A stretch of 35,255 nucleotides of DNA from Ruminococcus sp. GTDB lineage: Bacteria > Bacillota > Clostridia > Oscillospirales > Ruminococcaceae. The position numbers and the translations under genes were made by a program. Positions 1 through 8,432 of this stretch are shown here, piece by piece (positions within the stretch are counted from its first letter, which is position 1; the number at the start of each line of letters is the position of its first letter). Location: positions 1-35,255 of the forward strand of contig JAIDNR010000308.1 of the NCBI GenBank assembly GCA_029063695.1. The letters run 5' to 3'. The notes beneath the pieces are model-generated. The model ran no database searches and was not told the origin of the DNA. It was given only the letters and a program-made list of their open reading frames with translations.

Positions 1-19
1 TAGATGTATATTATGACAA

Positions 20-1936
20 TCATTCCGAATCAAGTTCAATAAGTTTTTCAAAGTTATCGTCTATTTTCTGTTTCAGTTCGTCGATTTCGGCACATTTTGC
101 ATTCATAAGCTCATAATCGGTATACACTTCTTCTTTTGAGATTTCTTCAGTAAGCAAATCAATCCGCATCTGAAAATCATCTATTTCATTTTCAAGACGA
201 CGCATTTCATTTTTACGTGCGGCATCTGCACTCCTCTGCTGTTTATTCCTGTACGCCTTGACCTGCTTATCCTTGACGACTTCGGCGGCTTTGGCGAACT
301 TCTCGGCATCGGCAATACATTTTTCCTCTGCCTGTTCTGTGCGGAGAACATCAAGATACTTTTCAAATCCGTAATTATGTTCCCTGTAGCCACCATCTGT
401 CAATTCTATTAATCTGTCGGCAATTTTACTTAACAGGTATCTGTCATGGGAAACAAAAATCATTGTACCCGTGTATTCTTCCAGTGCGGTTTCTATCGCT
501 TCTTTTGAACTCAAATCAAGATGATTTGTCGGCTCGTCAAGTATCAATACATTTCCGTGTTCCTGCATCATTATGGCAAAGCATAATTTAGCACGTTCGC
601 CGCCGCTGATAACTCCTGTCTCTTTGAAAACATTCTCACCAACAAACCGAACCTGTGCAAGAAGATTTCTCACTTCCAAATCAGACAGAAGCGGATAGCG
701 GCTGTGGAGTTCTTCCATAACAGTAAGTTCACGGTTAAGGTTAGTACTCTCCTGCTCAAAATATGATATTTTAACATTGGTATTCCAATGCACTTTACCC
801 TCATGCGGAAGAAGTCCCTGAATTATTTTCAGGAGAGTTGATTTTCCTATGCCGTTATCACCAATAATTCCGACTTTTTCGCCACGTCTCACTTCAAAAC
901 TGACATTATCAACAAGAGTTTTTCTGCCCGTTCCCTCACCAACTGATATGTCAATATCTTTTACTTTCAGTACTTCCAACGGCGGTTCAACTGAATAAGT
1001 GAAATTGATTTTTGCGTGTTTTTCATCGTGAAATGGCTTCTCGATACGCTCGATTTTTTCAAGCTGTTTACGTCTGCTCTGTGCCATTTTAGTAGTTGAT
1101 GCACGAACAAGATTTCGTGCAACATAATCTTCCATTTTAGCAATCTGTTTCTGCTGCTGCTCATATTCTTTTTCCTGCCGAACGTCGTTTTCTTCACGCT
1201 GCCGGATAAATACGGAGTAATTTCCTTTATATCGTTTCAGTATACCATGCTCTATCTCGCATATTGATGTGCAGAGTCTGTCAAGAAAATATCTGTCGTG
1301 ACTTACTATCAGGACTGCTCCCCTGTAGTTTTTCAGATAATCTTCAAGCCACATTATCGTTTTGAAATCAAGATGATTGGTAGGCTCGTCAAGTATAAGA
1401 AGATTAGGCTCTTCCAGAAGCAGCCGTGATATACAGAGACGTGTTTTTTCACCGCCGCTGAATCCCGAAACAGTCCTGTTGAGTTCTGATTCCGGAAATC
1501 CCATACCATTCAGAATCATACGGATTTTCACATCAGTGTTATATCCGTCATTTGCTTCAATCCATGATGACAACTGCTGATATTCGTCCGCAGATGAATT
1601 ATCACCCGATTCAAATTCAAGCTCAATTTCACGCAGTCTTTCAATTGCATTGCTAATCGGCTCAAATACTTTCCTCATTTCCTCTATGACAGTATTTTCG
1701 GAATCAAGTCCGCCCATCTGTTCAAGATAACCGATAGTTGTCTTGGAAGCAAGAGAAATAACACTGTCCTTTTCAGCTTCGATATTACCTGTGAGAATTT
1801 TAAGAAGAGTTGATTTTCCGCAGCCGTTATTCCCGACAAGTCCGATTTTGTCATTCTCATCAATTGTGAGAGAAATATTTTTGAGTATCTGATTACCATT
1901 GTAAAATTTATTGATATTATTCAAACTAACAAGCAT
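20..1936 (-). CDS. ABC-F family ATP-binding protein (ribosome-associated, YdiF/Uup-like)
   Basis: Two ABC domains (GNNGCGKST/FSGGEKTR/LILDEPTNHLD; GDNGIGKST/ISGGERAK/LILDEPTNHLD), interdomain linker, C-terminal coiled coil, no TM segments; RBS AAGGAG. Confidence 0.93.
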   Translation of the reverse strand: MLVSLNNINKFYNGNQILKNISLTIDENDKIGLVGNNGCGKSTLLKILTGNIEAEKDSVISLASKTTIGYLEQMGGLDSENTVIEEMRKVFEPISNAIERLREIELEFESGDNSSADEYQQLSSWIEANDGYNTDVKIRMILNGMGFPESELNRTVSGFSGGEKTRLCISRLLLEEPNLLILDEPTNHLDFKTIMWLEDYLKNYRGAVLIVSHDRYFLDRLCTSICEIEHGILKRYKGNYSVFIRQREENDVRQEKEYEQQQKQIAKMEDYVARNLVRASTTKMAQSRRKQLEKIERIEKPFHDEKHAKINFTYSVEPPLEVLKVKDIDISVGEGTGRKTLVDNVSFEVRRGEKVGIIGDNGIGKSTLLKIIQGLLPHEGKVHWNTNVKISYFEQESTNLNRELTVMEELHSRYPLLSDLEVRNLLAQVRFVGENVFKETGVISGGERAKLCFAIMMQEHGNVLILDEPTNHLDLSSKEAIETALEEYTGTMIFVSHDRYLLSKIADRLIELTDGGYREHNYGFEKYLDVLRTEQAEEKCIADAEKFAKAAEVVKDKQVKAYRNKQQRSADAARKNEMRRLENEIDDFQMRIDLLTEEISKEEVYTDYELMNAKCAEIDELKQKIDDNFEKLIELDSE

Positions 1937-1964
1937 ATGTTTCTCCTTTCAGGTTATATATTAT

Positions 1965-1993
1965 ATAATAACATATTTCATGTCTGAAATCAA
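1965..1993 (-). promoter_or_regulatory. Putative sigma-A promoter of ABC-F gene
   Basis: TTGATT-17 nt-TATTAT with extended TG on minus strand. Confidence 0.5.
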
Positions 1994-1996
1994 GAG

Positions 1997-2032
1997 AAAA
2001 AAGTCCTTCTGTTTTATTTCAGAAGGACTTTT
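1997..2032 (-). terminator. Rho-independent terminator of the PL11 gene
   Basis: AAAAGTCCTTCTG-8 nt loop-CAGAAGGACTTTT hairpin, followed by T-run on minus strand. Confidence 0.85.
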
Positions 2033-2117
2033 CGGGAGGGGATATATATATTATTGAGAGATAACTTAACCGGAGTTCAGCATATATCTAATGCGAAACT
2101 TCTGAACGTTCAGTCAG

Positions 2118-5100
2118 TTATTCGCTGAGAAGCTCGTTATACTGTTCCATAGTAACCGGAAATTCAGACTGTTTAATCTTTTTAGCTTCCAGGAGCTGGA
2201 GTACTACTGCATCAGCGCCTGTCACGCCGTCGCCTGTATTGACAATATCAGCATTTATTTTACCCTGTTCCGTAAGTCCGTATTCATCGGGATTTCCCAT
2301 ATGCTGAACAATTGCAGTTGCATCTGCAATATCAACAGAACCGTCCTCATTTGCGTCGCCGAGAAGTGTTTTACCTGTAGGTACAACAGTAGTTGTTGTG
2401 ATTTCAGAGGAAACAGGAGGCTCTGTAGCTGCTGTAGTAACAGTAGTTGTTACTGTAGTAGTTGTAGTTGTTGTTATAGTTGTTGTTGTAACAACAGGCA
2501 CTATTGTTTCAGCAGACCATTTCTGACAGTCGTTGCCATTAAGAACCCACTGCTGAATATTTGAACCGCTGGCTGTTTCAGCATTTGCAACCTCAAGTCC
2601 GCTCTTATCCCTTGAAGCTCTTGTAAGAATATTATAAGTGCCATCAGGATTCTTTATAAACTTGAAAAGATGTGAACTTGTCTTGTTGTTTGTAAGAATT
2701 TCAGCGTTTGCACCGTTGCCCGATGAATTATCCGCAACATTGAGATAATAAGTTCTTCCGTCAGCAAGCTTTGAAATTATATAATAATATCCGCCGCCGA
2801 ACTCTTTAAGAGTCCAAGTATTGTGATTTGCTGAGGAATCAGCACCCCACTGCTGAACGTTTGCATTATCTTCAGCACTTCCGTTTGCAACTTCCATATA
2901 AAGACCGCTGTTGACATTCTTGAACATATATTCCACAGATGTATCCATTGTAGTGCCGTATGCGTCAACTTTTTCGAGAATCCAGTTCTGACAGGAAGCA
3001 CCATTAAGTTCCCATTCCTGTATATTTGCTCCGGATTCTGTTGATGCATTTATAACCTCAACGCAGGAATCAGGATTAAGTCTAGGACGTATTGTAAATG
3101 AGCCGTCGTTGTTTTCAACAAACATAAATTGCTGTGCATCTTTGTAGTTTTTCTGATAAAGCTCTATATTTGTACCATTATCTTTTTTGTTTGCAGTAAG
3201 GTCAAGACAGTATGAAGCACCATCTGCCAAAGCTGAATAAAGATAGTAATAGCCATCAGCAGGCGATTTCATAACTCGCCATACGTTATGAGCAGCTGCT
3301 CCGTCAGCACCCCACTGCTGAACATTTGCACCATTTTTAGCACTTGCATCTGCAACTTCCATATAAAGACCACTGTTGACGTTTTTAATCATATAGAATG
3401 CCCCGTCATCAAGCACGGCTGGAACTACAGCAGGTGTAGGAATTACAGGAGTAGAAATACCTGTAGTATTTACGTTGCCTGTAGGTCTGGCAGGAAGGTC
3501 GTAGCCTGTGCCTAAGAAGAAGCTAGGGTGAGGCGGCTGATTATATGCTGTATTCTGAGATGAAACCTGCATTCTGTACTGTGCATCGTGCATAAGAGTT
3601 GTAATTCTATAATCTGTATCATACGAAGTGCAATAAATTCTCACTGATTTGCTGTCAGCCGCACGTACAATGAGTTCCTCACGCCAGTCGCCAAAAATAT
3701 CAGCGGAAAGACAAGGTGTACCCTTTGTTGTATTGCAGGTATAATAGCCGTCAGTTGAGAGAAGCTGTGTGAGCTTGCCGTTTTCGTTCATTTTGCTGAT
3801 TTTTGCAGGAGAATCAGTAGAACCGTCAAGAATTTCACGTTCAAGGTCGCCGTCCCAGTAACTGAGGAAGTTTATAGCAGGACGATTGCAGGAAAGAGTG
3901 TCGCCCTTTACGTTCTTGACAGGTGTAGAGCCGTCGCTTTCCTTGTTTCCCCACAATTCAGCACCGGGATTTCCTGCCCATATATTATCGGCACAACATC
4001 TTCCGGTATCACCCGAACCATTATTATGGAAAATTATCTTGCCTGTTTTAGCGTCTATATAGCTTACTCCATAACCTGATTTCTTGTCCTCGTGACAAAT
4101 CCAGAGTTCAAGACCGTCTCTTGTAGGGTCAAGGTCAGCGAGATGAAGAGCGTCACCGTGACCCTGTCCTGTGTTCCATAAAAGCTTGCCATTATCATCA
4201 ATGCAGGCAGCACCTGTAACGATTTCCTGCTTGCCGTCGCCGTCAACATCAGCAGGCATAGAGTTATGGTTTCCATCTCCATAGCCCTTTGCAGATGTAC
4301 TGTTGCCTGTATCAAAAGTCCATTTCTTGACGAGCTTCTTGTTTTCAACACTGTAGCAGGTAGCAGTTAATCTTGTATAGTAGCCACGTCCTGTTATTAC
4401 ACTTGGATGAACACCGTCAACATATGCAACACTTCCCCAGAATCTGTCAACACGATTGCCGTATTTATCACCCCACTTTGAAACGTCACCTCTTGCAGGT
4501 TCATAATCAACAGTATCAAGAGCTGCACCTGTTGCACCATCAAAGAGAGTATAATATTCAGAACCTGAGAGAATATAGCCACTGGAGTTTCTGTAATCCT
4601 TTGAAGCATCGCCGATTACTTTGCCTGTGCCGTCAACTGTACCGTCAGCAGTTTTACATGTCATTTCAGCCTTGCCGTCAAGGTCAAAATCGGCAACATA
4701 GAACTGAGTATAGTGAGCACCCGCACGGATATTTTTTCCCAAATCAATACGCCATACTCTTGTGCCGTCAAGCCTTACGCAATCAATAAATACGTTGCCT
4801 GTTTTTCCTGACTGAGAGTTATCTTTTGAATTTGAAGGGTCCCACTTAACGAAAAGCTCATACTGTCCGTCGCCGTCAATATCGCCCACGGACATATCAT
4901 TCGGGCTGTATGTACAGTCTGAAGCCGTCGGTGGTGTCATGGGAACATCAAAATATGTATTATTTGAAATAAGTTTACATTCCTCCGAGCCGATAACTTT
5001 TCCGCCCGAAAGCGTATCCACACGATACTTTGAAGAAGCACTTCCCTGTGCATCAAGATAGCAGGTTGACTGTCCTGCTTCACTTGTATAGATAAGTGAG

Positions 5101-5336
5101 CCGTCACGGTATAGCTTATATACTGCATTATCATCATCATTTGCAAGATAACGCCAGCTTACAAGCATTCCCTTTCCTGTATTGACCGCCGAAATACCTC
5201 TGTCAAGATATTCAAGCATTACATTTGATGCTGCATTTGCCGAAAAATTCTCAGTGGCTTTCGGAATTGAAACAGAAGTTGAGGCAATTACCAGTGCCGA
5301 CATTGCAGAAGCAGCACGTCTGAAACTGAACTTCAT
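2118..5336 (-). CDS. Secreted cellulosomal rhamnogalacturonan lyase: PL11 (YesW-like) + two ricin-type CBM13 + Thr linker + dockerin
   Basis: Signal peptide; PL11 motifs EYLDRG, YSPNDMSVGDIDGDGQYE, IRAGAHYTQF, YGNRVDRF, GHGDALH, DIFGDWREE, QNTAYNQPPH; QxW repeats; poly-Thr linker; dockerin GDANEDGSVDIAD...NADIVNTGDGVTGADA. Confidence 0.93.
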   Translation of the reverse strand: MKFSFRRAASAMSALVIASTSVSIPKATENFSANAASNVMLEYLDRGISAVNTGKGMLVSWRYLANDDDNAVYKLYRDGSLIYTSEAGQSTCYLDAQGSASSKYRVDTLSGGKVIGSEECKLISNNTYFDVPMTPPTASDCTYSPNDMSVGDIDGDGQYELFVKWDPSNSKDNSQSGKTGNVFIDCVRLDGTRVWRIDLGKNIRAGAHYTQFYVADFDLDGKAEMTCKTADGTVDGTGKVIGDASKDYRNSSGYILSGSEYYTLFDGATGAALDTVDYEPARGDVSKWGDKYGNRVDRFWGSVAYVDGVHPSVITGRGYYTRLTATCYSVENKKLVKKWTFDTGNSTSAKGYGDGNHNSMPADVDGDGKQEIVTGAACIDDNGKLLWNTGQGHGDALHLADLDPTRDGLELWICHEDKKSGYGVSYIDAKTGKIIFHNNGSGDTGRCCADNIWAGNPGAELWGNKESDGSTPVKNVKGDTLSCNRPAINFLSYWDGDLEREILDGSTDSPAKISKMNENGKLTQLLSTDGYYTCNTTKGTPCLSADIFGDWREELIVRAADSKSVRIYCTSYDTDYRITTLMHDAQYRMQVSSQNTAYNQPPHPSFFLGTGYDLPARPTGNVNTTGISTPVIPTPAVVPAVLDDGAFYMIKNVNSGLYMEVADASAKNGANVQQWGADGAAAHNVWRVMKSPADGYYYLYSALADGASYCLDLTANKKDNGTNIELYQKNYKDAQQFMFVENNDGSFTIRPRLNPDSCVEVINASTESGANIQEWELNGASCQNWILEKVDAYGTTMDTSVEYMFKNVNSGLYMEVANGSAEDNANVQQWGADSSANHNTWTLKEFGGGYYYIISKLADGRTYYLNVADNSSGNGANAEILTNNKTSSHLFKFIKNPDGTYNILTRASRDKSGLEVANAETASGSNIQQWVLNGNDCQKWSAETIVPVVTTTTITTTTTTTVTTTVTTAATEPPVSSEITTTTVVPTGKTLLGDANEDGSVDIADATAIVQHMGNPDEYGLTEQGKINADIVNTGDGVTGADAVVLQLLEAKKIKQSEFPVTMEQYNELLSE
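2383..2495 (-). repeat. Low-complexity ACN-codon tract encoding Thr-rich linker
   Basis: (gttgta)-type repeats; translate to TTTTITTTTTTTVTTTVTT. Confidence 0.85.
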
Positions 5337-5396
5337 AAAATATTATCCCCCTTGAATCATTTTTATTTTTTAACAGATATTATTTACATTAATATT

Positions 5397-5425
5397 ATTA
5401 TACACATTCTTTTCATATTTGGCAA
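5397..5425 (-). promoter_or_regulatory. Putative sigma-A promoter of PL11 gene
   Basis: TTGCCA-17 nt-TATAAT on minus strand. Confidence 0.7.
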
Positions 5426-5488
5426 TGAATTATTATATCATATTAAGAAGATTATTTTGCTTTTTCAAAAAATATATTCAATTTAATC

Positions 5489-5517
5489 TTGCTTTTTACA
5501 TCAAAATATGATATAAT
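5489..5517 (+). promoter_or_regulatory. Putative sigma-A promoter of the hybrid regulator
   Basis: TTGCTT-17 nt-TATAAT with extended TG (TGaTATAAT). Confidence 0.7.
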
Positions 5518-5553
5518 ATTATATATATTATATTTGTGCAGGGAGATTTGATT

Positions 5554-7761
5554 GTGAAAAAAAGGCTGCTGATAGGTGTTGTTATAACATCATGCCATGT
5601 TAATTTTCAGGAAGAAATCCTGAAAGGAATTATTACTCAGGCATTCAAAAACAATTGTGATATTGCTATACTTACATCTTTGCATAATTTTTCTCTTGAT
5701 ACTTTGCATAAAGATTATGACAAAAAAATATTTGAGCTTATTCTTTCTAATAAGTTTGACGGATTCTTATATGAAAGAAATACTTTTTATAACGAAAAAA
5801 TCGTAAACTATGTTGATGAACTTCTTGAACGTTCCGAAAAGCCTGTAATGCTTCTTGATTCATCTGACCACGAACGTTTTGAATCAACTGCTATTGATGA
5901 TTATTCCGCATTTGAGCAGATAACAGACCATCTTATCGATGTTCATGGGTGCAATAAAATTTACTGCCTTACAGGTCCAAAAAATGTGTTTGTATCACAC
6001 GAACGCATGAACGGCTTTAAGGCTTCAATGAAAAAACACGGGTTGTATTATGACAGAAAAAGCTGTATTTACGGTGATTTCTGGGAAGATGCCGCAAAAT
6101 CACTTGCGGAAAAGATTATAAACGGTGAACTGGAGAAACCCGATGCCGTTGTATGTGGAAATGACCATTCAGCTATAATCCTTACAGAAACACTTATAAA
6201 CGGCGGAATAAGAGTTCCCGAAGATATAGCCGTTACAGGATATGACAATACAGACGAAGCAAAGAATTATTCGCCTTCAATAACTACATTCAGCCGTCCT
6301 AATTTTCAGCTCGGTGCGGAATCTTTCCGTAGACTTTACAGAATAATAACAGGAAAAATATGCATTAAAATCCACAATAATGACGGCGGAATCATATTCG
6401 GTCTGAGCTGTGGCTGTAGTCAGGCATTTAATTTCAACAAAACTGTCACAAGAAAAGACAAAATAAACTCACGTCTTGAATACGATATTCTCAACCGTGA
6501 TATGCTGTTTGATATATCGGATACAAATAATATAGCTGATTTCGCAGACAGGCTTGACAATTATACATATTACATATATAAAATAAAGCGGCTTGAAATA
6601 TGCCTTACACAAAAATATATTGAACTTAATGACAGTCTTACATTTAAAAACGGTGATAAAGTTAAAACAATCCTTTCAAAATCTGCAACAAAAAGAGAGG
6701 ATATTTCCGGAGAGTATTTCAGCTCATCTGAAATTATTTCCGCATTTGGCTGTAAACTGCCATATCCCTCTGCTTATTATATATCTCCCCTGCACTATAA
6801 TAAAAACTTTTTTGGATATGCCGCTGTATCATTCGGAAAAGAACCGATAAGTTTCAGTCATATTTATCCTTACTGGATAAATTATGTAAATATTTCACTG
6901 GAACATCTGTACATAAAACTGATGCTGAAGAATGCTTCGGCAAATGCAAGCCGTGCTGCAATATATGATAAAAATACAGGCTTACTTAACAGAGATGGTA
7001 TAGAAAAAAATTTTACAGATATGATTAAATCGTATGATGTACAAGGTATACCCACCGACTTTATCCGCATTCAGCTTACAGGTCTGAATAAAATATATTT
7101 TCAGAACGGTGAACAGAAATGCCTGAAAATAACTGCCTGCTTTGCAGATTTCCTTAAAGAACTTATCAAAGATAATGAAATGTGCGGTATCTGGACATCT
7201 GATACATTTATTATAATAACTTCTTACAATAACCGAAGCAATGAAATTATTAACGGACTTATTGAAAAAATAAAGAAAACACAATTTACTTCTGATATAA
7301 ACTGCAATATTGATTTCATCGTCGGACTGTACAATCATGAAATAAACAGAGGACTTAACCTGAGCAATGCAATGCACAAAGCATCTGTAAACAGAATCTT
7401 CAACTATAATATATCCGAGAGTAATATGAATCCGCAGTTTGAAAAACTATGCTTACTTCGTGGGAAAATTATGAAAAATCCTGAGCTTCCGTGGAGTATA
7501 GATAATATTGCCGATAATCTTTATCTGAGCAAAAGCTATCTTCAGAAAATATATAAATCATATTTCGGAAAAAGTATCATCGAAGAAATGATAGAATTCC
7601 GCATTGAAAAGGCAAAGGAACTTCTTTCAAAAACAAATATGACTATCACAGATATATCAAAAGAATGCGGTTATTCATCATACAACTATTTTGTAAGGCA
7701 ATTCAAAATGTCAGTCGGTGTTTCACCATCTGATTTCCGTGCCGATTCAAAAAAGAAGTAA
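5554..7761 (+). CDS. Hybrid transcriptional regulator: LacI-type sugar-binding domain + degenerate GGDEF-like domain + AraC HTH
   Basis: N-terminal PBP/LacI motifs (TDHLIDVHG, PDAVVCGND, GIRVPEDIAVTGYD); YDKNTGLLNRDG GGDEF-like start; C-terminal AraC (LSKSYLQKIYK...CGYSSYNYFVRQFK). GTG start at 5554 chosen for GGGAG RBS. Confidence 0.85.
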   Translation: MKKRLLIGVVITSCHVNFQEEILKGIITQAFKNNCDIAILTSLHNFSLDTLHKDYDKKIFELILSNKFDGFLYERNTFYNEKIVNYVDELLERSEKPVMLLDSSDHERFESTAIDDYSAFEQITDHLIDVHGCNKIYCLTGPKNVFVSHERMNGFKASMKKHGLYYDRKSCIYGDFWEDAAKSLAEKIINGELEKPDAVVCGNDHSAIILTETLINGGIRVPEDIAVTGYDNTDEAKNYSPSITTFSRPNFQLGAESFRRLYRIITGKICIKIHNNDGGIIFGLSCGCSQAFNFNKTVTRKDKINSRLEYDILNRDMLFDISDTNNIADFADRLDNYTYYIYKIKRLEICLTQKYIELNDSLTFKNGDKVKTILSKSATKREDISGEYFSSSEIISAFGCKLPYPSAYYISPLHYNKNFFGYAAVSFGKEPISFSHIYPYWINYVNISLEHLYIKLMLKNASANASRAAIYDKNTGLLNRDGIEKNFTDMIKSYDVQGIPTDFIRIQLTGLNKIYFQNGEQKCLKITACFADFLKELIKDNEMCGIWTSDTFIIITSYNNRSNEIINGLIEKIKKTQFTSDINCNIDFIVGLYNHEINRGLNLSNAMHKASVNRIFNYNISESNMNPQFEKLCLLRGKIMKNPELPWSIDNIADNLYLSKSYLQKIYKSYFGKSIIEEMIEFRIEKAKELLSKTNMTITDISKECGYSSYNYFVRQFKMSVGVSPSDFRADSKKK

Positions 7762-7768
7762 AATAAAG

Positions 7769-7796
7769 GACGTTCCTGAATTTTCTTCGGAACGTC
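7769..7796. terminator. Hairpin of the ancestral bidirectional terminator between regulator and glgB (insertion target)
   Basis: GACGTTCC...GGAACGTC stem; T-rich tail on minus strand (CTTTATTTT). Confidence 0.7.
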
Positions 7797-8415
7797 GGTA
7801 GTGTATTAAAACAGTTGACTAAGGAAAAAGGACTTTTTAATAAATTGGGTGATAAATATTTGCAATGAAAACTCCCATAGCAATGAAAACAACAACGACA
7901 AGAAGCGCTCCCATTAAGTATGTTAAGTACCCCGTGAGTTTAGATGATGTCTTTCTATATTGTTGATTTGTATAACTCGTTGGGTTTGACGAATATGTTT
8001 GCTGTGGTTTTTTTATCAGTTTTGGTATCGGCTTTTGCACTCTGTACAGGCTTTTTACTTTACGATATAACGCAAGCGGATCGTTGGTTGACATGATACG
8101 AGAATAAAAATTATCAAGCCACTGCATATCACCGGGTTCGCACATATTTTCTTCGGTACAATCCGGTTCGTGTACGATTTGATTTCTTACCCAACGATAA
8201 TGTTTTAACTGCTTTAGGTCTTCATTCCAGCCTGACACATAATAGGAGCCGTCCGGCTTACCAATCATTTCATCAATATAAGTTGATAGACCATGAGTAT
8301 CACCATACATTTCACTGCATAATTTTTCAAGCCTTTTATATGAATCAATAAAACTCATATTGTATTCCTCTTTTATTTTAATTTTCTTATCTGTGAACCG
8401 TTTTGATACACTAAC
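7797..8415. mobile_element. Non-autonomous IS-derived insertion cassette (MIC/MITE-like) with one passenger gene
   Basis: IRL 7797-7819 GGTAGTGTATTAAAACAGTTGAC vs IRR 8393-8415 (revcomp GTTAGTGTATCAAAACGGTTCAC), 19/23 identical; flanking 8-bp direct repeats GGAACGTC (7789-7796) and GGAACATC (8416-8423); no transposase inside. Confidence 0.78.
7837..8358 (-). CDS. Hypothetical protein with HEPN-like R-x4-H motif and C-terminal TM helix (resembles DUF6548 proteins from memory)
   Basis: 173-aa ORF with AGAGGA RBS; FIDSYKRLEKLC N-terminal helix, WVRNQIVHEP motif, basic linker, hydrophobic LMGALLVVVVFIAMGVFIA tail. Confidence 0.7.
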   Translation of the reverse strand: MSFIDSYKRLEKLCSEMYGDTHGLSTYIDEMIGKPDGSYYVSGWNEDLKQLKHYRWVRNQIVHEPDCTEENMCEPGDMQWLDNFYSRIMSTNDPLALYRKVKSLYRVQKPIPKLIKKPQQTYSSNPTSYTNQQYRKTSSKLTGYLTYLMGALLVVVVFIAMGVFIANIYHPIY

Positions 8416-8432
8416 GGAACATCTTATATTTA

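Noticed and set aside
20-1936. ABC-F as an antibiotic-resistance (ARE) gene
   Set aside because: Architecture fits housekeeping ABC-F; no leader peptide, attenuator or mobile context seen; phylogeny would be needed to exclude it fully
2054-2128. Short plus-strand ORF after GGGAGGGG
   Set aside because: TTG start with long RBS spacing, no evident promoter, antisense to the PL11 3' end, no recognisable product
2383-2495. Tandem gttgta-like repeats as possible VNTR or CRISPR
   Set aside because: Coding Thr-rich linker before the dockerin; no repeat-spacer structure
2510-3400. Recurring cccactgctgaa motifs
   Set aside because: QQW codons of duplicated CBM13 ricin subdomains
7837-8358. Cassette ORF as a transposase remnant
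   Set aside because: No DDE or HTH pattern, has a TM tail and an intact RBS; it behaves as passenger cargo
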